This document shows positions 43,891-54,686 of a stretch of 64,000 nucleotides of DNA, piece after piece. The stretch covers positions 1 through 64,000 of IMG/VR virus record IMGVR_UViG_3300046005_000547; one strand, given 5' to 3'. The notes beneath the pieces are model-generated. The model did not search any database, was not told where the DNA came from, and was given only the letters and a program-made list of their open reading frames with translations. The position numbers and the translations under genes were made by a program. Numbering within the stretch: position 1 is the stretch's first letter; each line of letters opens with the position of its first letter.

Positions 43891-46107
43891 ATGTCATACC
43901 AAATTTCACCTGGAATCGTGTCTAACGAAATCGATAATGCTATCGTAACAGTAGCCGTGAAATCTCCAGCTGCCGCTTTTGCTGGCGTCTATAGATGGGG
44001 TCCTGTTATGGAACCAACTACCATCAATTCAGAAAAAGCATTGTTGGAACAATTCTTCAAACCAAACAACGTAGATAACGTAACACGAGATTTCCATACG
44101 GCATCGAATTTCTTATCATATTCTGATAATTTATTAAATGTTCGATTAGATACTCTTGGTAACAGAAACGCAGTTGCTCGTCCTTTAATTACAACGAATG
44201 ATTCAATTAAATTCACTGTAACAGGTGGAACTGAAAAAACATTTACCGTTACAACACAAACAACCATTGCTGAAATCGTCACCGAAATTAATGCAGATGT
44301 TGTTTTGAATTTATTGGTACAAGCCAAAGAATTCAAAGGTAAATTAATCTTAACATCAGTTGACACAGCAAAATCTGTTATTGGTAGTTATTTCAGTGGT
44401 GCTACTTTAGTTACCGCCGGCGTAACGACTCCTGTTAATGGTCCAACTGCTGGTTTCGTTACCATCTTACCTGGATCTTCAATTAAAGTCAACAACGATG
44501 ACGCTTACGAAACAAGTTACATCAATGGTGAAGCAAACATCGGCGAATTCATTGCCAAATATCCTGGAACAATTGGTAACTCTATCGGTGTTATCGTTTT
44601 AGATAACAATACATTCGATTACAGTACATTAACTGGTTCGATTACTTCAATTGTAAGTTCTAAAGTTGTCACTGGTTCTGATACTTTATTCACAAAAGAA
44701 TTAGTTCCAGGATCTATTGTTAAATCATCTGCTGGTTCTGTAATTGGCACTGTATCTTCTGTTGAATCTGATACATCATTGACTTTGACCTTGGAAACAC
44801 AAACTCCAGTTTCCGCTATGACAAATGCAAGAGTATCGATTGCTGAAGAATATTCTGCTCTATTCAAAAAACCTTCTACAACTCTTTATGCTAAATCAAG
44901 AAACGTTACCAACGCTCTTGATGAAATTCATATCTTGGTTATCGATAAAGAAGGTACAATCACAGGTGTTCCAGGTTCTATCTTAGAAAAATACTCTTAT
45001 CTTTCTAAAGCAGCTGACGCAAGAAAAGAAGACGGCACTTCTGCTTATTACAAATCTGTAATCAACGCAAGTTCTGATTATATCCGTTGGACAGACCACC
45101 CAACTTCTTTAGGTTCTACTGGATATATCTGGGGTTCTAGATTAGAAGATATGCCCGCTGATTCTTCGTTCAAAACATTAGTTCGTCCGCTCAACATTCA
45201 ATTTGTTGGTGGTAAAGATGATTTTGAAGTTCTTGAAGCAAACATCTTAGATGCATATGCTTTATTGAAAAACAAAGAACAATTCAAATTCAAATTCTTA
45301 ATTACGGGTAAAGCGACTTCTGTTGTAGCAAAATATGCTATCCAAAGTGTCGCTGAATTCAGAAGAAACTGTGTTGCATTTATCTCCCCAATTGATGCCA
45401 TCACAGATGAAATCATTATTGGTAATACTTCTTCTGCTGTAACTAAAATCATTGAATTTAGAGATACATTACCATCAAGTTCATGGGGTGTATTAGATTC
45501 AGGATACAAATACCAATACGATCGTTTCAATGATAAATTCATCTGGGTTCCATTGAATGGTGATATTGCTGGTTTAGCTGCTAGAGTAAATGAACCTTGG
45601 GATTCTCCTGCCGGTTTCTCTAAAGGTCAAATCAAAAATGTTGTGAAATTAGCTGTTAATCCAAACAAAGCCGATAGAGACGCATTATATCCAAGTGGTA
45701 TCAATCCAGTTGTTTCTTTCAAAGGTCAAGGCACTATTCTATATGGTGATAAAACATTATTAGATAAACCTTCAACATTTGATAGAATCGGTACAAGAAT
45801 GTTATTCATCTTCTTAGAAGAATCTATTGAAAAAACAGCTCAATATACATTGTTTGAAATGAATGATGAATTTACAAGAACTCAATTCCGTAATGCGGTA
45901 GAACCTTTCTTGAAAGACATCAAAGGTCGTCGAGGCGTTTATGATTTTAAAGTGATTTGTGATTCTACGAATAACACTGCTGGTGTAGTTGAAACAAATA
46001 ACTTCGTAAGTGATATTATGATTAAACCACAATATAGCATCTCATTTATCACCCTCAACTTTATTGCCACTCGTCAATCTGCGTCATTCTCGACAACTGG
46101 TGCATAA
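43891..46107 (+). CDS. 18: tail sheath gp18
   Basis: SPGI...E.D, WGP, KYPGTIGN, SGYKYQYDRFND, PAGFSKG, RDALY..GINPV, GDKT. Confidence 0.97.
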   Translation: MSYQISPGIVSNEIDNAIVTVAVKSPAAAFAGVYRWGPVMEPTTINSEKALLEQFFKPNNVDNVTRDFHTASNFLSYSDNLLNVRLDTLGNRNAVARPLITTNDSIKFTVTGGTEKTFTVTTQTTIAEIVTEINADVVLNLLVQAKEFKGKLILTSVDTAKSVIGSYFSGATLVTAGVTTPVNGPTAGFVTILPGSSIKVNNDDAYETSYINGEANIGEFIAKYPGTIGNSIGVIVLDNNTFDYSTLTGSITSIVSSKVVTGSDTLFTKELVPGSIVKSSAGSVIGTVSSVESDTSLTLTLETQTPVSAMTNARVSIAEEYSALFKKPSTTLYAKSRNVTNALDEIHILVIDKEGTITGVPGSILEKYSYLSKAADARKEDGTSAYYKSVINASSDYIRWTDHPTSLGSTGYIWGSRLEDMPADSSFKTLVRPLNIQFVGGKDDFEVLEANILDAYALLKNKEQFKFKFLITGKATSVVAKYAIQSVAEFRRNCVAFISPIDAITDEIIIGNTSSAVTKIIEFRDTLPSSSWGVLDSGYKYQYDRFNDKFIWVPLNGDIAGLAARVNEPWDSPAGFSKGQIKNVVKLAVNPNKADRDALYPSGINPVVSFKGQGTILYGDKTLLDKPSTFDRIGTRMLFIFLEESIEKTAQYTLFEMNDEFTRTQFRNAVEPFLKDIKGRRGVYDFKVICDSTNNTAGVVETNNFVSDIMIKPQYSISFITLNFIATRQSASFSTTGA

Positions 46108-46206
46108 TTTACAATTATGACAAGGAGAATCTTGGGAACAATAATACGTTCTCAAGATCTCTGTAATCTTATGTAATAAATAAAATAAAACAAATAAGGA
46201 ACAATA

Positions 46207-46839
46207 ATGGCTAACACTATTGAAAATTTCAAATCGCAATTAAAACGCGGTGGTGCCAGAGCAAACCAATATCGTGTTGGTATTACAGCAAACACTGCTG
46301 CTGCGGATTCAACTATTGTACCAACTGGATTTGATACCACTGGTAATTTACTTTTATGTAAAGCGTCTTCAATCCCATCTTATACAATTGCTCCAGTTGA
46401 AGCAAAGTATAGAGGTAAGACTGTTTATTTCGCTGGTGAAAAATCATTCACTCCATGGACATTAACATTCTATAACAATAATGCATTTGAATTACGCGGA
46501 TTGTTTGAGAATTGGTCTTATACGATTGCTGAAAACGATTCAATCGGTGGTGAATTAACGCATTCGGCTTATTCTGCTATGTTACATGTAGACCAAATGG
46601 ATCGTAACGGTGGTTTGTTAAGAACATATACATTCCATAATGCATTTCCGACTAATGTTGGCGAAATTGCCTTGGGATACGACAACGAAAATGCTATCGA
46701 AGAATTTGATGTGGAATTCACATACGATTATTTTGTTGACATGGATAACAAAAATTCAAGTAAAGTAACTAAAACGAAAGACAATACAATTCATTCTCCT
46801 TCTGAAGGATTTGAAAATTCAGCATCTACTGAAGGTTAA
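46207..46839 (+). CDS. 19: tail tube gp19
   Basis: FKSQL.RGGARANQY, LCKASSIP, GEKSFTPW, IEEFDVEFTYDYF. Confidence 0.95.
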   Translation: MANTIENFKSQLKRGGARANQYRVGITANTAAADSTIVPTGFDTTGNLLLCKASSIPSYTIAPVEAKYRGKTVYFAGEKSFTPWTLTFYNNNAFELRGLFENWSYTIAENDSIGGELTHSAYSAMLHVDQMDRNGGLLRTYTFHNAFPTNVGEIALGYDNENAIEEFDVEFTYDYFVDMDNKNSSKVTKTKDNTIHSPSEGFENSASTEG

Positions 46840-46841
46840 TT

Positions 46842-49727
46842 ATGGATATTTTCGGAATTTCTATTAAAAAGAAATCCGATAAAATGAAGAGGGTGGATTC
46901 ATTTATTCCACCTTCTAATGATGATGGTTCTATTGTATCAACTTCTTCATTTTACGGATTATCATTAGATTTAGATGGAGCTGTAAAAGATGAAAATGAA
47001 TTAATTAGAAGATATAGACAAGCCGCAGAATATCCTGATTGTTCTAATGCCGTAGAGGAAATCGTTAATGAAGCAATTTCCGTTTCGTCTGATGATGCTC
47101 CTGTTACATTAAATCTTAATCATATCGAATCTTTATCTGAAAATGTAAAGAAAGCTATGGCAAAGGAATTCAGCATTATCTTGGATCTATTTGATTTTCA
47201 AGATAAAGGATACGATACATTCAGACAATGGTATATTGACGGTAAGGTTTATTTCCATGCCGTAGTTGACACTGAATCTCCAAAAAAAGGTATCCAGGAA
47301 TTAAGATATGTGGATCCAAGGAAGATTAGAAAAATCAAGGAAATGGTTGTTGAAAAGGATTCCCATGGTAACGATATTAAAAAGTCGGGTGAAACGTATT
47401 ACTTGTTTAATGATTCTGGTATCAATGCTGCAGCCAAATCTGGTGTTAAACTATCTTTAGAATCTGTTTTCTGCGCTACGTCTGGTATCGTTGATTATAA
47501 CACAGGAATGATTAGAAGCCATTTACATAATTCCATCAAAATTATCAATTCATTAAAATATACAGAAGAATCGCTGGTAATCTATAGAGTATCTAGAGCA
47601 CCTGAACGTAGAGTATTTTACATCGATGTAGGTAATTTAAATAAAGCTAAGGCAGACCAATATATCCAAGATACAATGGCTCGGTTTAGAAATAAATTAG
47701 TTTTCAACAGCACAACTGGTGAAATTAATGATAATAAACAGAACCAATCAATGATGGAAGACTATTGGTTACCTCGTAGAGATAATTCAAAAACAACTGA
47801 AATCACTACGTTACCAGGCGGATGTCTATCAATGGACACTAAAGTTTCATTATTAGATGGTAGAGAAATTACAATTTCTGAAATTGAACAAGAAATGAAA
47901 ACTGGTAAAGAACTTTGGGTTTATTCTTGCGATGAATTTACTGGTCAAATAAAACCTGGATTGATTACTTGGGCTGGAACGACGCAGAAATCTGCTAAAG
48001 TTATGAAAATAACATTAGATAATGGTGAATCTTTAATTTGTACACCAGACCATAAATTTCCAATTTATGGTAAAGGATTTGTTGAAGCGAAAGATTTAAT
48101 GATTGATGAATCGATGATACCATTATATCGGAAACACGAACAAATATCAAAAGCAAAAAAACGAGGATATGAACAATTTTTCGATAATCATAAAAAAGAA
48201 TGGGTATTCACTCATAGAATGGTTTGTGATGAATTGAAAGATAAGAAGATTTTCGATTATGTATATGATGAAGAATACAAAGATAGAACTAAAAATGTAA
48301 GACATCATATTGATTGTAATAGATTCAATAATAATCCAAACAATTTATGTTTTATGTCTTGGGATGACCATGCTAAACTTCATTCAGATTTATCGTTTAG
48401 TGAAGAAGCATACATGCTCGGAACTAGAGCTGCGGCGGAAAAACTTCGTATAATGAAAATTGAAGATCCAGATGCATATAAAAAACGTTCTGATGAAATT
48501 GGATTAAGAACCATGGAATGGCATGCTTCATTGAATGAAACGGAAAAACAAGAATTTATTGAATCTTTAAAAAAAGGTAATACTGAATATTGGGAAAATA
48601 TTTCTGAAGATTTGAGGGAACATAGAGCTAATGTATCTAGAACAAATGCATATTTGGGTATGTTATCGACTCAACACAAGTTACAAACAGATCCAATTTT
48701 TTATGAATTTTTTTGCGAACAAAATCGTAAATCTTGGGATGATGAACGTAGATTAAAATCCGCAAATATTACCAAAATAATTAGTACAGAACGATGGTTG
48801 TTGAGAGGTGACGAATTAAGAAAAAAACACAAAGAAAATCAAAAACTAGAAATTGATAATTTTATTTTCAAGAAAATAGTGGATTTAATCGCAAATAAAT
48901 CAACGTATAAAATTACATTAGAAGATGTAGTCAATTCATTAAATAATAATGAAGAATGCGTGTCTAGATTGATTGAATTGAACCAACATAAACATATTCC
49001 CAATTATGATGTGTTGGAAGGATTCACTAACAATAATGTTTCTAGATGTGTTAAAGATTATGGATATAAACATTGGATGGATTTTAGACAGAAATTCAAA
49101 TATCACAATCACAGAATTATTGATATTGAATATCTAGATGAAGAAATTGAAGTTGGTACATTAACTATCGACGGAGACGAATTATATCATAATCATCATA
49201 CATTTGCTTTGACTTGTGGAATTTTCACTAAAAATTCGAATTTGTCCGACATATCGGATGTAACTTACTTCCAGAATAAATTGTTTAGATCTCTTCATGT
49301 GCCTATTACAAGATTGATTCCTGAACAATCATTTTCTATTGGTAGAGCAGGTGAAATCACCAGAGATGAAATTAAATTCTCTAAATTCATCACTAGATTA
49401 CGTTCTAAATTTTCAAAAATCTTCATGGAAGCATTGAGATTACAATGTGTTCTGAAAGGAATTATATCTTATGAAGATTTCTCTACGATAGAAAAACAAA
49501 TTAGATTCAACTTTCATGATGATAATCATTTTGCTGAATTATCTGAATCTGAAGTCCTACAAAATAGATTAGCTACATTACAACTTGTTGATACATACGT
49601 TGGTAAATACTTCGATACAAATTGGGTCAAGAAAAATATATTGAAACAATCTGATGAAGAAATTCAAGAAATCCAAGAACGGATGGACGAAGAAAAACCA
49701 CTTATGGAACCAACCGAAGAAGAATAA
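46842..49727 (+). CDS. 20: portal gp20 containing an intein
   Basis: WYIDG, YRVSRAPERRVFYIDVGNL, EDYWLPRR, EITTLPGG; ~490 aa after removing the intein. Confidence 0.97.
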   Translation: MDIFGISIKKKSDKMKRVDSFIPPSNDDGSIVSTSSFYGLSLDLDGAVKDENELIRRYRQAAEYPDCSNAVEEIVNEAISVSSDDAPVTLNLNHIESLSENVKKAMAKEFSIILDLFDFQDKGYDTFRQWYIDGKVYFHAVVDTESPKKGIQELRYVDPRKIRKIKEMVVEKDSHGNDIKKSGETYYLFNDSGINAAAKSGVKLSLESVFCATSGIVDYNTGMIRSHLHNSIKIINSLKYTEESLVIYRVSRAPERRVFYIDVGNLNKAKADQYIQDTMARFRNKLVFNSTTGEINDNKQNQSMMEDYWLPRRDNSKTTEITTLPGGCLSMDTKVSLLDGREITISEIEQEMKTGKELWVYSCDEFTGQIKPGLITWAGTTQKSAKVMKITLDNGESLICTPDHKFPIYGKGFVEAKDLMIDESMIPLYRKHEQISKAKKRGYEQFFDNHKKEWVFTHRMVCDELKDKKIFDYVYDEEYKDRTKNVRHHIDCNRFNNNPNNLCFMSWDDHAKLHSDLSFSEEAYMLGTRAAAEKLRIMKIEDPDAYKKRSDEIGLRTMEWHASLNETEKQEFIESLKKGNTEYWENISEDLREHRANVSRTNAYLGMLSTQHKLQTDPIFYEFFCEQNRKSWDDERRLKSANITKIISTERWLLRGDELRKKHKENQKLEIDNFIFKKIVDLIANKSTYKITLEDVVNSLNNNEECVSRLIELNQHKHIPNYDVLEGFTNNNVSRCVKDYGYKHWMDFRQKFKYHNHRIIDIEYLDEEIEVGTLTIDGDELYHNHHTFALTCGIFTKNSNLSDISDVTYFQNKLFRSLHVPITRLIPEQSFSIGRAGEITRDEIKFSKFITRLRSKFSKIFMEALRLQCVLKGIISYEDFSTIEKQIRFNFHDDNHFAELSESEVLQNRLATLQLVDTYVGKYFDTNWVKKNILKQSDEEIQEIQERMDEEKPLMEPTEEE
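47823..49235 (+). mobile_element. 471-aa intein with HNH endonuclease
   Basis: starts CLSMDT, block B TPDH, ends FTKN followed by Ser; internal RHHIDCNRFNNNPNNL. Confidence 0.92.
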
Positions 49728-49740
49728 CACGGAGAAACAC

Positions 49741-49893
49741 ATGGAAAACGAATTATTAACTGCATTAGAAAATGGCGACGTTTTACAAATTCAAGAATCT
49801 TTTGATAAAATTATGTTAGACAAAGTTGGTCAACGCATGAATGAAAAAAAGAAAGAAATCGCCAAAACATTATTCAATAAAACAGAAGAATAA
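49741..49893 (+). CDS. small prohead core protein (gp67-like by position)
   Basis: MENELL...helical 50 aa between gp20 and gp21. Confidence 0.55.
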   Translation: MENELLTALENGDVLQIQESFDKIMLDKVGQRMNEKKKEIAKTLFNKTEE

Positions 49894-49895
49894 AA

Positions 49896-50321
49896 ATGGC
49901 ATTCCAAAAACAAATAATCAAGATTTCGTCTAAGGAATGTTGGGTTAAAGTTTGGGGTACTGATGGAGATTCTGGAACTGTTCTATTATCGGAATTAAAA
50001 ACTGCGGATGAAGACATTGTTGGTACCCCAAGAGCAAATATCGCTGGGTATCAATACACTGGTGATAATACCACAACATTCTACATAACGAGAAATGGAA
50101 CTCAAATTGCCACATTTAGTTCTAGTACCATTTCTGTTATAGAAATGACTGGAGCAACTTGTCCACCAGACCCAGTTCAAAATGACCAAAATGTAACTAT
50201 AACAATTCTTGGTGGTAACGGGGAATTATTCCTTAGATTACGGAAACAAGAAGGTTATGTTTCAAAAATAGAAACATCTACATATGGTGCTTATGATAAC
50301 AAAACCGCAGTGGGTTCATAA
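49896..50321 (+). CDS. head-module protein (gp68-like by position)
   Basis: position just before gp21; stop overlaps the gp21 start. Confidence 0.45.
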   Translation: MAFQKQIIKISSKECWVKVWGTDGDSGTVLLSELKTADEDIVGTPRANIAGYQYTGDNTTTFYITRNGTQIATFSSSTISVIEMTGATCPPDPVQNDQNVTITILGGNGELFLRLRKQEGYVSKIETSTYGAYDNKTAVGS

Positions 50322-50974
50322 TGAAACTAATCACAGAATTATCGGAATCCGTTACGTATATTACGGAATCAATCGGCACCAACGATAAAAAACAATACTT
50401 TATCGAAGGTTGTTTTTTACAAGCGGAAACTCCAAACAGAAATGGTCGAAATTATCCCAAACATGTAATGGAACGCGAAGTAAAAAACTTCCAAACATTA
50501 ATCAAAGAAAATCGTTCTACTGGTGAATTGGGACATCCTGATACATTAAACGTAATGCCTGAAAACATTTCTCATCTAATCACTGAATTGAAATTTGATG
50601 GTAACAATGTAATTGGTAAAGCTAAAATCCTAGAATCAATGCCAAAAGGATATATCGCCAAATGTCTATTAGATGAAGGTGTTAAAATTGGCGTTTCTTC
50701 AAGAGGTGTGGGTTCTTTATCTCAACGTAAAGACGGTATCAATGAAGTCCAGGATGACTTCTATCTACGTACAATTGACATTGTATCAGAACCATCTGGC
50801 ATTGATTGCTGGGTTAATGGTATCATGGAAGGCGTTGAATGGGTTAATGTTAATGGCATTTTCACTCAAAAACAATTAGACGAATCAAAACGAATTATCA
50901 AAAAAACTTCATCTTCTGACCTACAAAAAGTTTGTCTTGAACAATTCCAACATTTTCTCAATTCTATCAAGTGA
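50321..50974 (+). CDS. 21: prohead protease gp21
   Basis: MKLITE, NRNGRNY, GELGHP, SH, GVSSRGVGS, DIVSEPS. Confidence 0.96.
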   Translation: MKLITELSESVTYITESIGTNDKKQYFIEGCFLQAETPNRNGRNYPKHVMEREVKNFQTLIKENRSTGELGHPDTLNVMPENISHLITELKFDGNNVIGKAKILESMPKGYIAKCLLDEGVKIGVSSRGVGSLSQRKDGINEVQDDFYLRTIDIVSEPSGIDCWVNGIMEGVEWVNVNGIFTQKQLDESKRIIKKTSSSDLQKVCLEQFQHFLNSIK

Positions 50975-51021
50975 AAATAATTTAATAAATAATTGAATAT
51001 GAATAAAGAATGGAGAATTTA

Positions 51022-51930
51022 ATGACCATCGAACAAAAATTACTAGAGTCGTTACAAAACGGCGAAGCAACGGGAAAAACTATTATGGAATCAATTAGCA
51101 GTTTATTCGAAGGTGAAGAATTTACCGACGACTTTAAAGCTAAAGCATCGGCGATCTTTGAATCTGCTGTTGTCAACAAAGCTAAATCTATGACCGATGA
51201 ATTAGAATCAATCTATGAATCTAAATATTCTGAATTAGAATCATCTTATGAAACTAAACATGAAGAATTAAGTTCAATCTATGAATCTAAATTTGATGAA
51301 TTAGAAACAACTTTCGAAACCAAATTCATTGATTTCCAACAAGTTAATGAAGCTGTATTCAACAAACAACATGAAGCATTATCTGAACAAATTGATGGAT
51401 ACTTAGATTATGCGTCTCAATCTTGGATTGATGCAAACAAAGTTGCTGTTGAATCAGGTTTGAAATCTGAAATTGTTGAAGGTTTCATTACCAACATGAA
51501 AGGTCTTTTTGAATCAAGTTACATCGATCTTCCATCTGCTCAATTAGATGTTGTCAAAGAATTAACTGAAGAAAATGAAACTCTCAAAGCTCAGTTAAAA
51601 GAAACTGTTGATTCTACAATCAAATACAAACGTGAAATTGAATCTACCAAACGTTCTGCTATCATTGAAGAATTCACTTCTGCATTAACATTAGTTGAAG
51701 CAGACAAATTCCGCGAATTGGCTTCTGAATTATCTTTCACGGATAATGACAAATTCCGCACAAAATTACATACAATCACTGAACACTACTTCAAGAAAGA
51801 TACCAAACCAACTGGCATCTCTCCTGTAACAGATACTCCTGTTTTAACTGAAGAATTTATCGTTACTCCAACAAGTTCAGATTCAAATGTCTCAGCATAT
51901 GTTGCTGCTCTTAGCCGTTACACAAACTAA
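51022..51930 (+). CDS. 22: prohead scaffold gp22
   Basis: acidic coiled coil, FKAKASAIFESAV, DGYLDY; likely start MTIEQ after GGAG. Confidence 0.9.
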   Translation: MTIEQKLLESLQNGEATGKTIMESISSLFEGEEFTDDFKAKASAIFESAVVNKAKSMTDELESIYESKYSELESSYETKHEELSSIYESKFDELETTFETKFIDFQQVNEAVFNKQHEALSEQIDGYLDYASQSWIDANKVAVESGLKSEIVEGFITNMKGLFESSYIDLPSAQLDVVKELTEENETLKAQLKETVDSTIKYKREIESTKRSAIIEEFTSALTLVEADKFRELASELSFTDNDKFRTKLHTITEHYFKKDTKPTGISPVTDTPVLTEEFIVTPTSSDSNVSAYVAALSRYTN

Positions 51931-51957
51931 TACTATACCAAAAAGGAATTATACAAA

Positions 51958-53274
51958 ATGACTACTCGTTCAGAATTAATTAAAAAATGGGCTCCAATTT
52001 TAGAACATGAAGGTTCTCCTAAAATTGCTGATAAAACCCGTCGCGAAGTTACTGCCCAATTATTAGAAAACCAAGAAAAATTCTTACAAGAAGCTGCTCC
52101 AGCTAACGGCGGTGGTGCTGGTATTGGTTTAGGCGGCGCTGGTGCGGCAACAGGTGGTGTTGCCGGTTACGATCCTATTCTTATCAGTTTAGTTCGTCGT
52201 GCGATGCCACAATTGATTGCATATGACATCTGTGGTGTTCAACCAATGAACCAACCTACTGGTTTGATTTTCGCAATGAAATCGCGTTATGCTACTCAAA
52301 ATGGTGCCGAAGCGTTATACAATGAAGCAAACACAGAAGCTTCTGGTAAATTAAACGCATTGTTTGATGGTACAGCAACTCCTGTTAATGGTAACCAAAC
52401 TGGCACAAACCCATTCGCTGCTGGTTATAACACTGGTGTTGGTATGTCTACTGCAGATAAAGAAGCATTGGGTAGTGCTGGTGCGGACCCTTATGGTGAA
52501 ATGGCATTCAGCATCGAAAAAACTTCTGTTGTCGCTAAATCTCGCGCATTAAAGGCAGAATACACAAACGAATTGGCACAAGATTTACAAGCTGTTCATG
52601 GTTTAGATGCTGAAGCAGAATTGATTAACATTTTGTCAACTGAAATTCTTGCTGAACAAAACCGTGAAATCATCCGTACTGTTTATTTGTCTGCTATGCC
52701 TGGTGCTGTTAATGGCACGGCAGTTGCTGGTACATTCGATTTAGACGTTGACTCTAATGGTCGTTGGTCTGTTGAAAAATTCAAAGGTTTGTTATTCCAA
52801 ATTGAACGCGAAGCAAACGCTATCGGTCACATGACACGTCGCGGTCGCGGTAACTTCATCATCTGTTCTGCTGACGTTGCTAGTGCATTGTCAATGGCTG
52901 GTGCTTTAGATTATGCTCCTGCGTTAAACACAAATTTGAATGTTGATGACACAAGTACAACTTTTGCTGGTGTATTGAATGGTCGTTATAAAGTATTCAT
53001 CGATCCATATTCAAGCAACATGAGTGACCAGCAGTATTTAGTTGTAGGTTACAAAGGTCAAAGTCAGATGGATGGAGGTCTCTACTTTTGTCCTTATATT
53101 CCCCTCGAATTGCGCCGCGCTGTAGATCCGAGCACATTCCAACCAAAAATTGGCTTCACAACTCGTTATGGTTTGGTTGCTAATCCATTTGCCGCAACTA
53201 ACGTTGGCGACAATGGTTTGTATGCCGGTTCAAATTGCTACTTCCGGAAGCTGAAGGTTACAAATATTATGTAG
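51958..53274 (+). CDS. 23: major capsid protein gp23
   Basis: KKWAPIL, LISLVRRAMP, GVQPMNQPTGLIFA, KSRALKAEY, FQPKIGF.TRYG. Confidence 0.98.
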   Translation: MTTRSELIKKWAPILEHEGSPKIADKTRREVTAQLLENQEKFLQEAAPANGGGAGIGLGGAGAATGGVAGYDPILISLVRRAMPQLIAYDICGVQPMNQPTGLIFAMKSRYATQNGAEALYNEANTEASGKLNALFDGTATPVNGNQTGTNPFAAGYNTGVGMSTADKEALGSAGADPYGEMAFSIEKTSVVAKSRALKAEYTNELAQDLQAVHGLDAEAELINILSTEILAEQNREIIRTVYLSAMPGAVNGTAVAGTFDLDVDSNGRWSVEKFKGLLFQIEREANAIGHMTRRGRGNFIICSADVASALSMAGALDYAPALNTNLNVDDTSTTFAGVLNGRYKVFIDPYSSNMSDQQYLVVGYKGQSQMDGGLYFCPYIPLELRRAVDPSTFQPKIGFTTRYGLVANPFAATNVGDNGLYAGSNCYFRKLKVTNIM

Positions 53275-53310
53275 ACCTTTGATTTATAACAAGTTTTTAT
53301 AAATCATTCA

Positions 53311-53345
53311 AATCCCAAGCGATGAAAGTCGTCTTGGGATTTTTA
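53311..53345 (+). terminator. intrinsic terminator after gp23
   Basis: atcccaag/cttgggat stem followed by T-run. Confidence 0.8.
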
Positions 53346-53407
53346 TTGTCTTTCGTTTTGTAATGATACGTAATATAATATAAAATTATTTTAAGAGGAG
53401 AATCAAA

Positions 53408-54667
53408 ATGGAAATTTTAGACTTGTTATTATCAAAATCGTGTAATGTACATTATGTAAAACGATATTACAAATTTATAAATTATTGCAAAGAACAAAAT
53501 AAAAATTTAATTGACGAATATACAGAAACACACCACATTTTACCAAAAGCAGAAGATTTGTTTCCGGAGTATGAAAATTTAAAAGAATATCCTTGGAATT
53601 ATATAGAATTGACATTTAAACAACATTTAATCGCTCATGTTATTTTATGGAAATCTTATAAAGGATCCCAATCAATGGCATTAGAATGTATGTTGGGTAA
53701 TTTTAATTCAGAAACAAATTCATTATTATCTCATAGAAAAATACCAACTAAAACTAAATTACAATTTTTAGATAAAGTTAAAAAAGACGCAAACCTTAGA
53801 AGAAGTGTAGTCCAACAAGGATATGCAACATATAAAGATTCATCCGATAACAAATACTTCTTACATTATTCGGATCCAAAGATACAAGAATTGAATTTGG
53901 TTGGTAATAATACTGGATTATTACATTCCGAAGACACAAAATTAAAAATGTCTGAATCTAAATTGAAATATAGAATGGTTGAATTATTTTTCTTAGATAA
54001 TTCAGTTAATGTTAGATTGATGTCGCCAGAATATGTTGAATACCTTAATCAAGGATGGGTTGTTGGATTAACAGGAGAAGATAGAACATATCGAGATGGA
54101 TTGAAATATGAAAAGGTTTCTGCTTCAATGGAAAATAGATATGCATATTTGTACCCTAATGGAGATTATTATGGTTATATTAACATAGACGATCCTGTGA
54201 TTAAAGAAATAGGATTGATACAGAAACCAAAGACTGATAAACAGATGGAACAATATGAATCTATTTCAAGGATGGGTGCAGAATACAACAAAAATAAATG
54301 TGCATATAATAATGGAGAAATTGAACGTAATTATACTCCAGGAACTGAACCAGAAGGATGGGTTAAAGGGGGATTGACTAGAAAACCGTATGAGATTGTT
54401 GTAACTCAAAATGGTTCAACTATGTGGAATGATGGTGTTAAAAATTATAGAATAAAAGATGGAGAATTCCCTAAAGAAGGGTGGATTCGAGGTATAATAA
54501 CTAAAAAACGAGATAAACCTGTACATAATAAAAATAAGGTAAAGATTGTAAATATCAAAGATAAAACAGATTATAGATTTATCGTTTTGGATGAACATTA
54601 TGAATTACCAGAAGGTTATAAATTTTGTAATAATAAAAATATCTCTAGATTAAAGAAAAGTATATAA
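53408..54667 (+). mobile_element. HNH homing endonuclease
   Basis: YTETHHILPK...HLIAHVILWK; repeated NNG/NDG..PEGW DNA-binding modules. Confidence 0.85.
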
Positions 54668-54686
54668 TATCATTTTATTAACAAAT

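Noticed and set aside
909-46465. Short antisense or overlapping ORFs in the track (e.g. 909, 1428, 4271, 26558, 33310, 35927, 43989, 45198)
   Set aside because: They are shadow ORFs opposite or inside well-supported genes, with no RBS or family motifs
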